Of a DNA stretch of 64,000 nucleotides, positions 27,097 through 37,976 are shown piece by piece. Numbering within the stretch: the first letter of the stretch is position 1; the number at the start of each line of letters is the position of its first letter. Under the pieces are notes generated by a model, which saw only the letters and a program-made list of their open reading frames with translations, ran no database searches and was not told where the DNA came from. The translations under genes were made by a program, and so were the position numbers. The DNA is from Octopus vulgaris (lineage: Eukaryota): positions 84,258,001 to 84,322,000 of the forward strand of contig OX597819.1 of the NCBI GenBank assembly GCA_951406725.2, written 5' to 3'.

Positions 27097-27415
27097 GGTA
27101 TATACATATATATATATGTGTGTGTACAAGCAAAACGACCCCCCCACCGTCCAATGGACAGTGCTGGGTTGTCAAACATTTAAACCAAATTTTCTCAAAA
27201 CAACTTGTCCGACCATTCCATAGGCCTCCCCTTTGAGAAACACTGATTTAACCTAAATTTGAGACACCAGCAAAAGAAGAAATAAAGAATTCCAAGAAAA
27301 ACAATTTTACAAATGCACGTTCCCACGGCTTTATTGATCGCATTCTCACCTGGAATCAATTTTTGTAATTTTTTCAAGACTTATACACGCCCTGATACCA
27401 TCAGTATCTACATAC

Positions 27416-27482
<67 letters not shown>

Positions 27483-27486
<4 letters not shown>

Positions 27487-28020
27487 TCATCATCATCATC
27501 ATCGTTTAACGTCCGTTCTCCATGCTAGCATGGGTTGGACGGTTCGACTGGGGGACTGGGAAGCCAATAGGCTGCACCAGGCTCCAGTCTTATCTGGCAA
27601 TGTTTCTACAGCTGGATGCCCTTCCTAACGCCAACCACTCCGTGAGTGTAGTGGGTGCTTTTTACATGCCACCTGCACAGGTGCCAGGCGAGGCTGGCAA
27701 CGGCCACGGTCGGATTGGTGTATTTTATGTGCCACCGGCATGGAAGCCAGTCGAGGCGGTGCTGGCATCGGCCACGAGTCGGATAGTGCTTTTTACGTAC
27801 CACCAGACCAGGGATCCTGGCTGGTTCAATTCGATTTCGATTTCGCTTGCCCCAACATGTCTTCGCAAGCAAAGAGGGTTGGCATGGGTGCCTGTCGTAC
27901 GGTCGGATTGGTGTATTTTACGTGCCACCGGCACGGAAGCCAGTGGAGGCGGTGCTGGCATCGGCCACGAGTCGGATAGTGCTTTTTATGTACCACCAGA
28001 CCAGGGATCCTGGCTGGTTA
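27483..28020 (-). mobile_element. RTE-type LINE 3' end with (GAT)n tail and internal duplication
   Basis: Shared ttaggaagggcatccagctgtag...ttaaacgatgatg end also found at the RT-bearing copy 61925-62900. Confidence 0.8.
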
Positions 28021-28094
28021 TACACATATATATGATATATAAATATATACATGATATATATATATACATATATGTATATATATATATATGTATA

Positions 28095-28132
<38 letters not shown>

Positions 28133-28133
<1 letters not shown>

Positions 28134-28359
28134 TTTATTTAAAAGCAGCAGAAAATTCACAAAACCTGTTACTCTGAGTCTCACGTTCCTGTTCGTTGGA
28201 CAGTTTTTGCTAGAAAAACTGTCCGACAAACGGGAATGTGAAACTCAGAGTAACAGGTTTTGTTGAATTTTCTGCTGCGTTTAAATAAAGCATATTACTC
28301 TACCACTGGTATTTGAGTACTCTTTTTTCCACCTTGTTTCACATTTATGTGTTTACTCC

Positions 28360-28362
<3 letters not shown>
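28133..28362. mobile_element. Palindromic PLE-terminal element with two head-to-head hammerhead-like motifs, inserted in (TA)n
   Basis: 28133-28290 is a near-perfect palindrome. Arm consensus CTGT-CCGACGA-ACGGGAACGT-GAA-ACTCAGAGT-A-ACAG. Confidence 0.7.
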
Positions 28363-28400
<38 letters not shown>

Positions 28401-28429
28401 GAGTTATATATATATGTATATAGTTGAGT

Positions 28430-28462
<33 letters not shown>

Positions 28463-28469
28463 TTATAGT

Positions 28470-28803
28470 GATGGCGCATGGTTCAGTGGTTAAAGCATTG
28501 AGCTTACAATCATGTGGTTGTGAGTTCGAATCCCAGACAGGGCAGTGTGTTGTGTTCTTGAGCAAGACACTTTATTTCTCTTTGCTCCAGTTCACTCAGC
28601 TGTACAAATGAGTTGCGACATCACTAATGCCAAGCTGTATCGGTCTTTGCCTTTCCCTTGGATGACATCGGTGGTTTGGAGAGGGGAGGCTGGTATGCAT
28701 GGACGACTGCTGGTCTTCCATAAATAACCATGCCCAGACTTGTGCCTCAGAGGGTAACTTTCTAGGTGCAACCCCATGGTCATTCATGACCGAAGAGGGT
28801 CTC
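28470..28803 (+). mobile_element. tRNA-derived SINE, family C
   Basis: A box (tggttcagtggttaa), B box (gagttcgaatccc), body gtgttcttgagcaagacac. Confidence 0.8.
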
Positions 28804-28954
28804 CGCAATATATATATATATGTGTATGTATGTATGCAGTGGCCCAGCAACAAAATTTGCTAAGGGGGTGCAAACCCAGGTCCTAATTTTTTTATGAAAA
28901 ATGTAGATTTTTCCAATGTTAACAATTGCAGGTATAATAATAATTTTTATTATT

Positions 28955-29360
28955 ATGAGGGTTGGTTGAAATGTTCATAATCTGAACAAGACACTCTCAA
29001 TGGAAGTTCATTTTCCAACATAGTTCCTCTTACTGTCCACACACTTCCATAAGTAGTTGCAGTGCTTGGATTACACTTGTGAAGAAGCTTTTCTGTTGAT
29101 CAAAATGGTCATCAACAACAGATAAGATGTTCTCATCATAGTGATACTGGTGCTCAGCTGAGTGTTTTTTTTTATGCTGGGAAACAGATGATAACCAGAA
29201 GGAACCAAATCACTAACATAGGGAGGGTGATCAACCAGTTCAAAGCCAGTCACACACAGCAGCCATTGAAACCAAGGACTTGTGTACTGAAGCATTGTCC
29301 TAATGAAACAAGACCCCATTCATCAGTTTTTCTGGGTGTTTGGTCTTGATAGCCTTTCAT
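28955..29360 (-). mobile_element. Mariner 3' remnant
   Basis: HPPYVSDLVPSGYHLF resembles HPPYSPDLAPSDYHLF; TIR-like tatgagggttggttgaaa. Confidence 0.75.
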
Positions 29361-29754
29361 AACTGCCTTAGGAAGTTGGCATTGAAATTTTCCATTGATG
29401 GTGTGATCATTTTGAAGATAGCCAATAAACACAATATTTTTTTCATTAATGCATAGTATATGTAATAATGTGAAGTATATTTTGCATATTAAAATGTTTA
29501 ATTTTGGAAAGGTATCAAGCAGAGCTAACATAAGCAGTAAAAATACAAATTGCAAGTATTTCAAAATGCGGGACACTATATGACAAAAACTAACAAAAAA
29601 GGAAGAAAATAGTGGTGCTTGTGTTCCAAAGGTACAATGAGAAGGCCCAGGAGAAGGATAGAGAGATGGGGTAGAGGGAAGGAAGTTAGAAGGAAAGAAA
29701 AGAATGAAAAGTGAAAAGATATACTGGGGATCTGAAATAAGTACTAGACAGGAG

Positions 29755-29945
29755 ATTGGCCCCTGTGCTGGTGGCACGTAAAAAAAGCACCCACTACACT
29801 CTCAGAGTGGTTGGCATTAGGAAGGGCATCCAGCTGTAGAAACACTACCAGATCAGACTGGAGCTTGGTGCAGCCTCCTAGCTTCCCAGGCCCCAGTCAA
29901 ACCGTTCAACCTATGCCAGCATGGAAAATCGACATTAAACAGCGA
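29755..29945 (+). mobile_element. RTE-type LINE 3' end
   Basis: Same terminal motif as 27483-28020. Confidence 0.75.
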
Positions 29946-30396
29946 TGTCTTACCTATGCACTGGTCAAGTAGAAAAACGATAAGTGATAAAAAATTGGAT
30001 TGTCTTTTGGTACCAAAAAAGTGAAGAAAGGGAGTAGAGAAGGTTAGGGAAGAGCAAGTAAGAAGAAAGAGAGAGTGCAGAGAAATAAGGGAATAACAAC
30101 AGACAGTAGGTAGTTGACAGAGATGGACAGAGGAAGAAATGGAAGGCAGCAAAGAGAGAAAAGCAGCAGATAGGTAGAGAGGTATGTAGAGGGGAGAGGA
30201 GAAGGACAGAGAAATAGATAGAAAAGTGAGACAGTCTTGCACCAAATATTAAACACTGTGTAGGGTACGACTGAGTGGGAACAGAAGTGGGTGTGTGACA
30301 TTACATTGAGTAACAGCCATAAAATGTTGCACAGAAAGTCAACACATATATAATGATGAAGGAAATTGTTGTATACAGTGCTCAGGTGCACTACAA

Positions 30397-32010
30397 CTAA
30401 AAAGAAAAAAAATGGCCATCAGGTGTACTATTGGTGGATTTCAGGACACAGGAACTTTTGAAGGATGTAGTGTCTTGACAGCTAACAACTGATGCGGGTG
30501 GTTTATTCCATGCTTCTGCAATTCTGAGAATGAAAAATTGTTTCCAAAAGTCATGGGTGCTGTGTTGTTTTTTGATTTTATAAGCATACCCGTGAGTGTT
30601 TGTCATATGGAATTCAAAAAGGTACCCAACGTTGTTGTTGGATATATGGTGGATAATCTTGTGGGTGTCAATCAAGTCAGTTGCAAGACCTCTGAGCTTC
30701 AATGTATCCATGCCCAAGAATGTAAGATGTTCAGAGTATGGTAGATGTCTGACGGTGGTTATTTGCTTTGTTGCACATTTCTGAACAGTTTCCAGGAGAT
30801 TTATATGCTGAGCAAGATAAGGGTCCCAGACTGGTGATTCAAATCCTAAATGTGGATGTACCATTGTCATATACAATTTTAAATAGATAGCTGAAGAGTG
30901 GCTGACAAAAGTCTTACTGAGTGATGCTAGAGCACCCTCAACCTTCTTGACAATCTTAGAGATGTGATTTGTCCAATGCAGATTGTTGTTTACAATAATA
31001 CCCAGATCATGTCCACTAGAAGACTTCTTGAGATTGGTGTTGCTGAAGGAGTATGTAAAGGCTGGATTTTTCCTCCCAAAATGCATGGTGACACACTTGT
31101 CTACAGCTAGCTTGAGTTGCCAGTCAGAGGTCCACTGCTGCATTGTATCCAGGTCTGATTGCACGATAGAATCTGTTCTTTATATTTCAAGGTACAGCTT
31201 GGTGCCATCTGCATATTTCAATACTGAAACATTCCTCAAATTGGCATCTATATCATTAATATATGCAACCAACAGTAAGGGTCCAAGAACGATCCATGGG
31301 GTACACCAGAAGTAATCTTGTAAGGTGAAGAACGATGTTCTAGAACCGTAACTACATCTTTCCAGCCAAGAATGAAGGACTTCAGCCAGTTATAGAGATC
31401 ATCCTTCACATTCACTGCAGGGAGTTTTACCACGAGTCGTTTGTGTGGTACAGAGTTGAAGGCTTTAGCAAAATCAGGGTAGACAGTATCCACCCATGAG
31501 CCGCCATTAATAACTCAGGTGATGTCCTCAAGAAACTCGACTACAGCAGCTGGAGTTGGGGATAAAACCAAATTGTGACGGCTAAATAAGGCTATGAGAG
31601 CACCAAAAGTTACAGAGTGTTTCTCTGACACAGGACTCCATCAGTTTGGCGATGCAGCTAGTAAGGCTGACTGGACAGTTGGACAGTAGTTGACAGGTGA
31701 TGTGTGATCACCTATTTTGAACAGAGGAATAACACTGGCAATTTTCCAGTGCTCTGAAGTTGTTAAGGCAGAATTGGCAAAAGGAAGAAAGCTGATGCAA
31801 TAGAAAGAACCCACCACGTTTGAGAAGAAAATAAGTTACACCATCAAGACCAGGAGAGGCATAATTGCACTTATTCTTGAAGTGGTGTCACAGAATTGTG
31901 GGTGTGAATTTCACAGATGTTATGGAATTTGATGTCAGAGTTAGTGAAGAAGATACATTGGGGTTATCAGCAGTAAAAATGCCAGCATAGCATTCAGCAA
32001 TAAGCTCAGT
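30397..32010 (-). mobile_element. CR1-clade LINE reverse transcriptase remnant
   Basis: YPDFAKAFNSVPH, SGVP, YADGTKLY, QSDLDTMQQWTSDWQL, DLGIIV...LHWTNHI, LETVQK; frameshifted. Confidence 0.9.
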
Positions 32011-32900
32011 GCTTTCCATGCTGGCATTGGTTTGACTGTTTGACCGAGGACTGGTGAACCAGAGGCTGCACCAGGTTCAATCTGATCTGGCAAAGTTTCT
32101 ACAGCTGGATTCCCTTCCTAATGCCAACCACTCTAAGAGTGTAGTGGGTGCTTTTACCTGCCACTGGCACCAGGGCCTTTCAGGTGGCAACGACCATGCT
32201 CAAAAGGTGTTTTTACGTGCCACTAGCACATATGCCAGTAAAGTGATGCTGGCAATGATCATGCTCGAATGGTACTTTTCACGTGTCACCGGCATGGGAG
32301 CAAATCTGTGACCCTGGCAATGATCACGCTTGGATGTGCTTTTAACATTCCACTGGCATGAGTGCCAATCAGGCGGTACTGTCATTGGCCACGTCAGTGA
32401 TTTTGATTTGTTTACACTTGCCTCAATAGGTCTTCGCAAGCAAAATACATTGTCCAATGAATGAGGGGTACTCATAAGTAGCCGATTACACCCCACGTTC
32501 GGATGTGCTTTTAACATTCCACTGGCACGAGTGCCAATCAGGTGGTACTGTCATCAGCCACATTAGCAATTTTGATTTTGATTTCACTTGCCTTAATAGG
32601 TCTTCACAAGCAAGGTTTATTGTCCAATGAATGAGGGGGTATTCATAAATGCACTGGTTACACCCACTTGGCTTGTCGGGTCTTCTCAAGCACAGCATAT
32701 CTCCAAAGGTACCAGTCGCTAGTCATTGCCTTGGTAAGGCCCAATGTTCAAAAGTCGTGCTCATCCCAGGTTTTCCTGAGTCTACCTCTTCTACAGGTTC
32801 CCTCAACTGCTAGGGTGTGACACTTTTTCACTTAGCTGTCCTCATTCATTGACAACACATGACCATACCAGCACAGTCATCTCTCTTGCACACCACATCT
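32010..32900 (-). mobile_element. RTE-type LINE 3' region
   Basis: Same family as 61925-62900, with internal tandem repeats. Confidence 0.75.
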
Positions 32901-32935
32901 GATTATATATATATATTTATATATATATATATATA

Positions 32936-33499
32936 TGTAGTGGATCTTGCATGCATGTTAAATTAACACTGCAACAGAACTTTTCCCACAGTGGAACAAC
33001 GGGTTTTCTGTGACAGCAGTTTTACATTTTCCAGATGCCTTTAGCTAGGCCGAAATAATGTCTTCACCACTTGACCCTTTCTAACCTCTTCTACTTCACC
33101 AAAAGCTAGAATAGAGATAACAAGACCACCAACTAAATCTATTGTTCTCAATGATATATCTATCCTTCTGCCAGCACACCCCAAGCAAAAATCAGTTAGT
33201 CACCAGTTGGTGACGACTCAACCAAGTAGTCACTTGGTTGACCAGCTAGAACCTGGGTCAGAGGGTGAAATGAAGTTTTCTGTCAGCAACTGTGAGACAA
33301 AATCCCACACCCTACAACTCTCACTAGTTCTGATTCTGTTCTCTTACATCATTCTATCTCTCAAAACACAAACTTTACTTATGCTTTTGGATTTATCATA
33401 ACATGCCCGTCAAGGCAAGATATTTGTAATGTAACGGTAAATAAATATTTCCTTAAAACTTCATGCATTATTCATCCTTCACATGCAATTATAACAACA
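32936..33499 (+). mobile_element. Possible solo LTR
   Basis: TGTAGT...ACAACA ends and AATAAA near the 3' end; no TSD seen. Confidence 0.3.
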
Positions 33500-33519
33500 A
33501 AAATTTATTGTTACATACA

Positions 33520-33772
33520 AGAAGTCTCTCATCCTCGGAACTTTCCAGAAAGTCCTCAGAATGTTCAAGGAAGTCTCATCCTCAGAACTTTCCAGGAAGT
33601 CCTCAGAATTTTCCAGAAATTCTCATCCTCTGAATTTTCCAGGAAGTCTCATCCTTGGAACTTCCCGGGAAGTCTCTCACCTTGGAGCTTTCCAGGAAAT
33701 CTCAACCTCGGAATTTTCCAGGAAGTCTCTCACCTTCAGAACTTTCTGGAAAGTCCTCAGAATTTTCCAGGC
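33520..33772. repeat. Minisatellite, about 28-30 bp unit (ggaagtctctcatcctcggaactttcca)
   Basis: About nine degenerate units. Confidence 0.85.
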
Positions 33773-34057
33773 AAAGAAATAATTAAGCTATGGAATCAGT
33801 GATAAGCAGTGTCTTTTTTGGAAAAATCTCAGTTACAACTGTGATGTTGTTGGTAAAACATGTTCTTTGTCTATCTCCTTATCCTCTTGGTGATTTTGAA
33901 TAAATTATACAAATGAGTCCTTGAAATTTAGCTAAATTCTATATTTTTATGCAGCTGAAGATTGCTCTACATTTTAAACTGATGTAATGTTTGCATTGTT
34001 CAATTAAATTAAAAGCATTTTGTCCAGCATGCTAACGTTTCTACCAGCTCACTGCCT

Positions 34058-34258
34058 TCTGAAGTGTACAGTATTATATATCCATCATGGCTGGTCTTAC
34101 CACTCAATATGGAATGAAATATTTCATTCCATGTCGGCTACCCCTGATGAGTATAGGGTTACATAATCAGATTGTTACCTAACACTCCTTTGAATCCCTG
34201 GCATGAAACTGATTGGTAAGATTGGCCATGATGGATATATAATACTGTACACTTCAGA
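34058..34258 (+). ncRNA. Hairpin element containing a decayed canonical hammerhead core
   Basis: 45-bp inverted arms; CTGATGA at 34144, AGGG/CCCT stem, GAAAC at 34205. Confidence 0.5.
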
Positions 34259-34346
34259 TAATATGCCCACTCTATTGACAGATATATGAGTGTATTTTTT
34301 CTTGACTTATGGACTCTTAGACTACTTACACATGCACGCATATATA

Positions 34347-35628
34347 CAGGGTTTGGACAAAATAATGGGAACACCGAGCATCATAGTATCATAATTTTGA
34401 AATATCTATAAAACTGTCAAAAGCTTGTTTATTTTTATGTTCTTTTTTATTTATTATTAGTGTTGCTTAATATGTTTTGCTAAAATTACTGTTTCTTTTC
34501 AGATATCATCAGAAAAAGGTAATTAAAATTCATTAAAATGACAGATCTATCGGACTTTCAAAGAGGTCAAATTGTTAGTGCTCATATGGTAGGTGCTAGT
34601 GTAATGAAAGCAGCCAAAATGTTTGGTGTATCAAGAAGTACTTGTCTTGAAAGTAACTACAGCCTTTGAGAAAGAGGGTAGAACCTCCTCATCGAAACAA
34701 AACACTAGGAGAAAACCAAAACTTTCAGATAGGGACCATTGAACTCTTATGCAAATTGTTAGAAAGGATCGCAGAAGTACAGCTCCTAAAATTACTGTGG
34801 AGCTTAATGACCATCTCAAGAACCCAGTTTCCACAAAAGCTTTGCTGGAAGATGCACAAAGCTGGATTTCACAAGAGGGCTGCAATCAGAAAACCACTAC
34901 TTTCAAAAGCAAACATTGCAAAGCACTTAGAGTGGAGTAAAAACCTACAGAATTGGTCCCTAGAGCAGTGGAAAAATGTTATTTTCTCGGACGAGTCATT
35001 CTTTACCTTATTTTTGATCACCAGCCCAGTATATTTATGGAGACAGCCAAAAGAAGCATTTGACCCAAACTGCCTTCTTTCAACTGTTAAACGTGGAGGA
35101 GGATCTGTAATGATCTGGGCGGCGGGGGATCTATATTTTGGAAATCCACCAGCCCAATGCTTTCTCTTCATTACAGAATTAATAGTCAAGACTATTTAAG
35201 TATTTTATCTGATCAAATTCATCCTATGGGTGCAAAACTGCTTCTAGAGGGAAACGCAATCTTTTAGAATGATAATGCACTAATTCACACAGCTAAAGTT
35301 GTTACTGAATGGCACGAGGAACACTCTAGTGAAGTTGAACATCTTGTCTGGCCACTACAGTCTCCATATCTCAATATCATTGAACATTTATGGTGCATTT
35401 TAGAAAGACAAGTAAGGAGTCGATATCCTCCACCATCATCACTACAAGAACTGGAGACTGTTTTAGCTGAAGAATGGACAAAAATTCCTTTAGAAACAAT
35501 TCAAACTTTCTACAAGTGCATACCTTGTAGAATTTGAGCTGTAATTACTGGCAAAGGCGGTCCTACCCCATATTAAAATAAATTTGTTTGAAATTTTAAA
35601 GGGTTTCCATTATATTGTCCAACCCCTG
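34347..35628 (+). mobile_element. Full-length decayed Tc1 transposon (DD34E type)
   Basis: TA-flanked TIRs cagggtttggacaaaataatgg / ccattatattgtccaacccctg. Transposase about 34538-35576 with FSDES, GGGSVMIW, DNA, LNIIEHLW; frameshifted. Confidence 0.95.
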
Positions 35629-35731
35629 TATATGTATGTGTATGATTGTGCATTAATTATACATTCTTCATCTTTTCTTTTTTTACATATGTATACACAT
35701 ATGTATGTGCTTGTATATATATATATGCATT

Positions 35732-35771
<40 letters not shown>

Positions 35772-35812
35772 CTACATAACAAAGACATGAAACGATGCAG
35801 GTAAAGAAATTT

Positions 35813-35851
35813 GAGAAATTTGAAAAGTTTATACGAAACCGGTTATTTCTC
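35813..35851 (+). ncRNA. Minimal type-I hammerhead-like motif with U3-A8 core
   Basis: GAGAAAT-TTGAAAA-GT(TTAT)AC-GAA-ACCGGT-T-ATTTCTC: 7-bp stem I, 2-bp stem II, palindromic stem III. Confidence 0.7.
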
Positions 35852-36029
35852 CAAAAACTATGTTTCTATACACAAAATTTTATTACATTTTTCTAACATA
35901 ACAACTTAAATATATTCTTTAACCTTATAAAATAAGCCTTCTGTAGTTTTTTTCACTCTTTTCTATTTTTTATACATCCAACCAAGTGATTTCACACACC
36001 AACTTTCTCACATATATATATATACATAT

Positions 36030-36562
36030 ATCATCATCATCATCATCGTCATTTAATGTCTGCTTTCCATGCTGGCATGGGATGCATGGTTTGACTAAGG
36101 GCTGGCAAACCAGAAGGCTGCACCAGGCAGAGTTTCTACAGCTGGATGCCCTTCCTAATGCCAACCACTCCAAGAGTGTAGTGAGTGCTTTTTACGTGCC
36201 ACCAGCATGAAGGTCAGTCAGGTGGTACTGGCATCAACCACGCTTGAATGGTGCTTTTTTCATGCCACCGGCATGGGAGCCAGTCAGGTGGCACTGGCAA
36301 TGATCATGCTCAAATGGTGCTTTTTATGTGTCACCGGCATGGGTGCCAATCAGGTGGTACTGTCATTGGCTACGACAATGACTTCACTTAACTCAACAGG
36401 TCTTCACAAGTGCCGTTTATTGCCCAGTGATTGAAGGGTACTCTTAGATGAGCTGGTTGTGATGCACTGGCATAGGCCACAGCTACGGTCTCACTTGGCT
36501 TGCCAAGTCTTCTCAAGCACAGCATATCTCCAAAGGTCTTGGTCACTTGTTATCGCCTCTGT
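36030..36562 (-). mobile_element. RTE-type LINE 3' end
   Basis: Same terminal motif and (GAT)n tail. Confidence 0.75.
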
Positions 36563-36974
36563 ATTTATATTTATAAATATTCAGAATTTGTTCAACTTTG
36601 GAACTGCTAGTATCCATTTTCTCTAACCATGCATTACTATGAAACCATTCTCTCTGAACATGAATTTACCTAATGAATATCCATTTTAACTGGACTTAAT
36701 TGGATTTCACCTTCCATTCTAGACATAATGAACCACAATAACTATCATTGATAAGAAATTTTCTTCCACTCTTACGTATGTTTAACCTATCTCTCTCCAA
36801 CAACAGAATACTCAGTCTAAGGAATCTTCATTCGACATGATGTTCTAATGGCTGGGATATTCTAGAAACAGCTGTCAAAGGCAATCTAAACCTTTTGTTA
36901 TATAACTAAATTAAATGTCTTTGTCAAGTCTTGCTAAACTGTTTGATTTTTCTTTTCTGCTTTAATATATATAT

Positions 36975-37275
<301 letters not shown>

Positions 37276-37727
37276 ATATATATACACACACACACACTAC
37301 ACACTCACACACATATACACATATATATCCGTCAGATTTAGCAGCATATTGTAGTGTGTAGAAATATATTACGGTAGATTTTATTAAGCAATTACTTAGG
37401 ATTTTCTTTGACATGTAGTAAGTTTCTCAACCAAAAAATATAAATAAATAGAAAAAAATAGAGATAATGAAACAAAATCTCCAGGTGACAGCAAATTGAT
37501 GAAAATACAGGATGTTCTTAGCTGTTTGATGGTGATAAGATGGCCGTTTGTAATTAGCTGATCTTCCATAATAAAAAACAAGTACATAAACATGTCTGTG
37601 CACAAACACACACAGACACACACATATATGACTCTAATCAAGGTCATTTGAAAAAACAGCAAGAGAAGATAATGAGAAGAGAAGGAAAAGTGGGGTTTTG
37701 TAAATAGGTGTTGACCCCTTGCACAGT

Positions 37728-37776
<49 letters not shown>

Positions 37777-37976
37777 GCACACACATACATTGATACAAGA
37801 CAGCTGAGAATATTATGACAAGTTGCTGTCAAACAGTTAAAAAGTAGATTAGCAAGAAGAGACAGAACAGAGTGCAGATGCACCCAAGAAAGGCAAATTG
37901 AAAATGGAAAAAAAAGTGGAAAATCATCATCATCATAGTTTAATGTCTGCTTTCCATGTTGGCATGTGTTGGACAT

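Noticed and set aside
28470-28545. tRNA-like sequence
   Set aside because: Head of a SINE that continues into a repeat body; not a tRNA gene.
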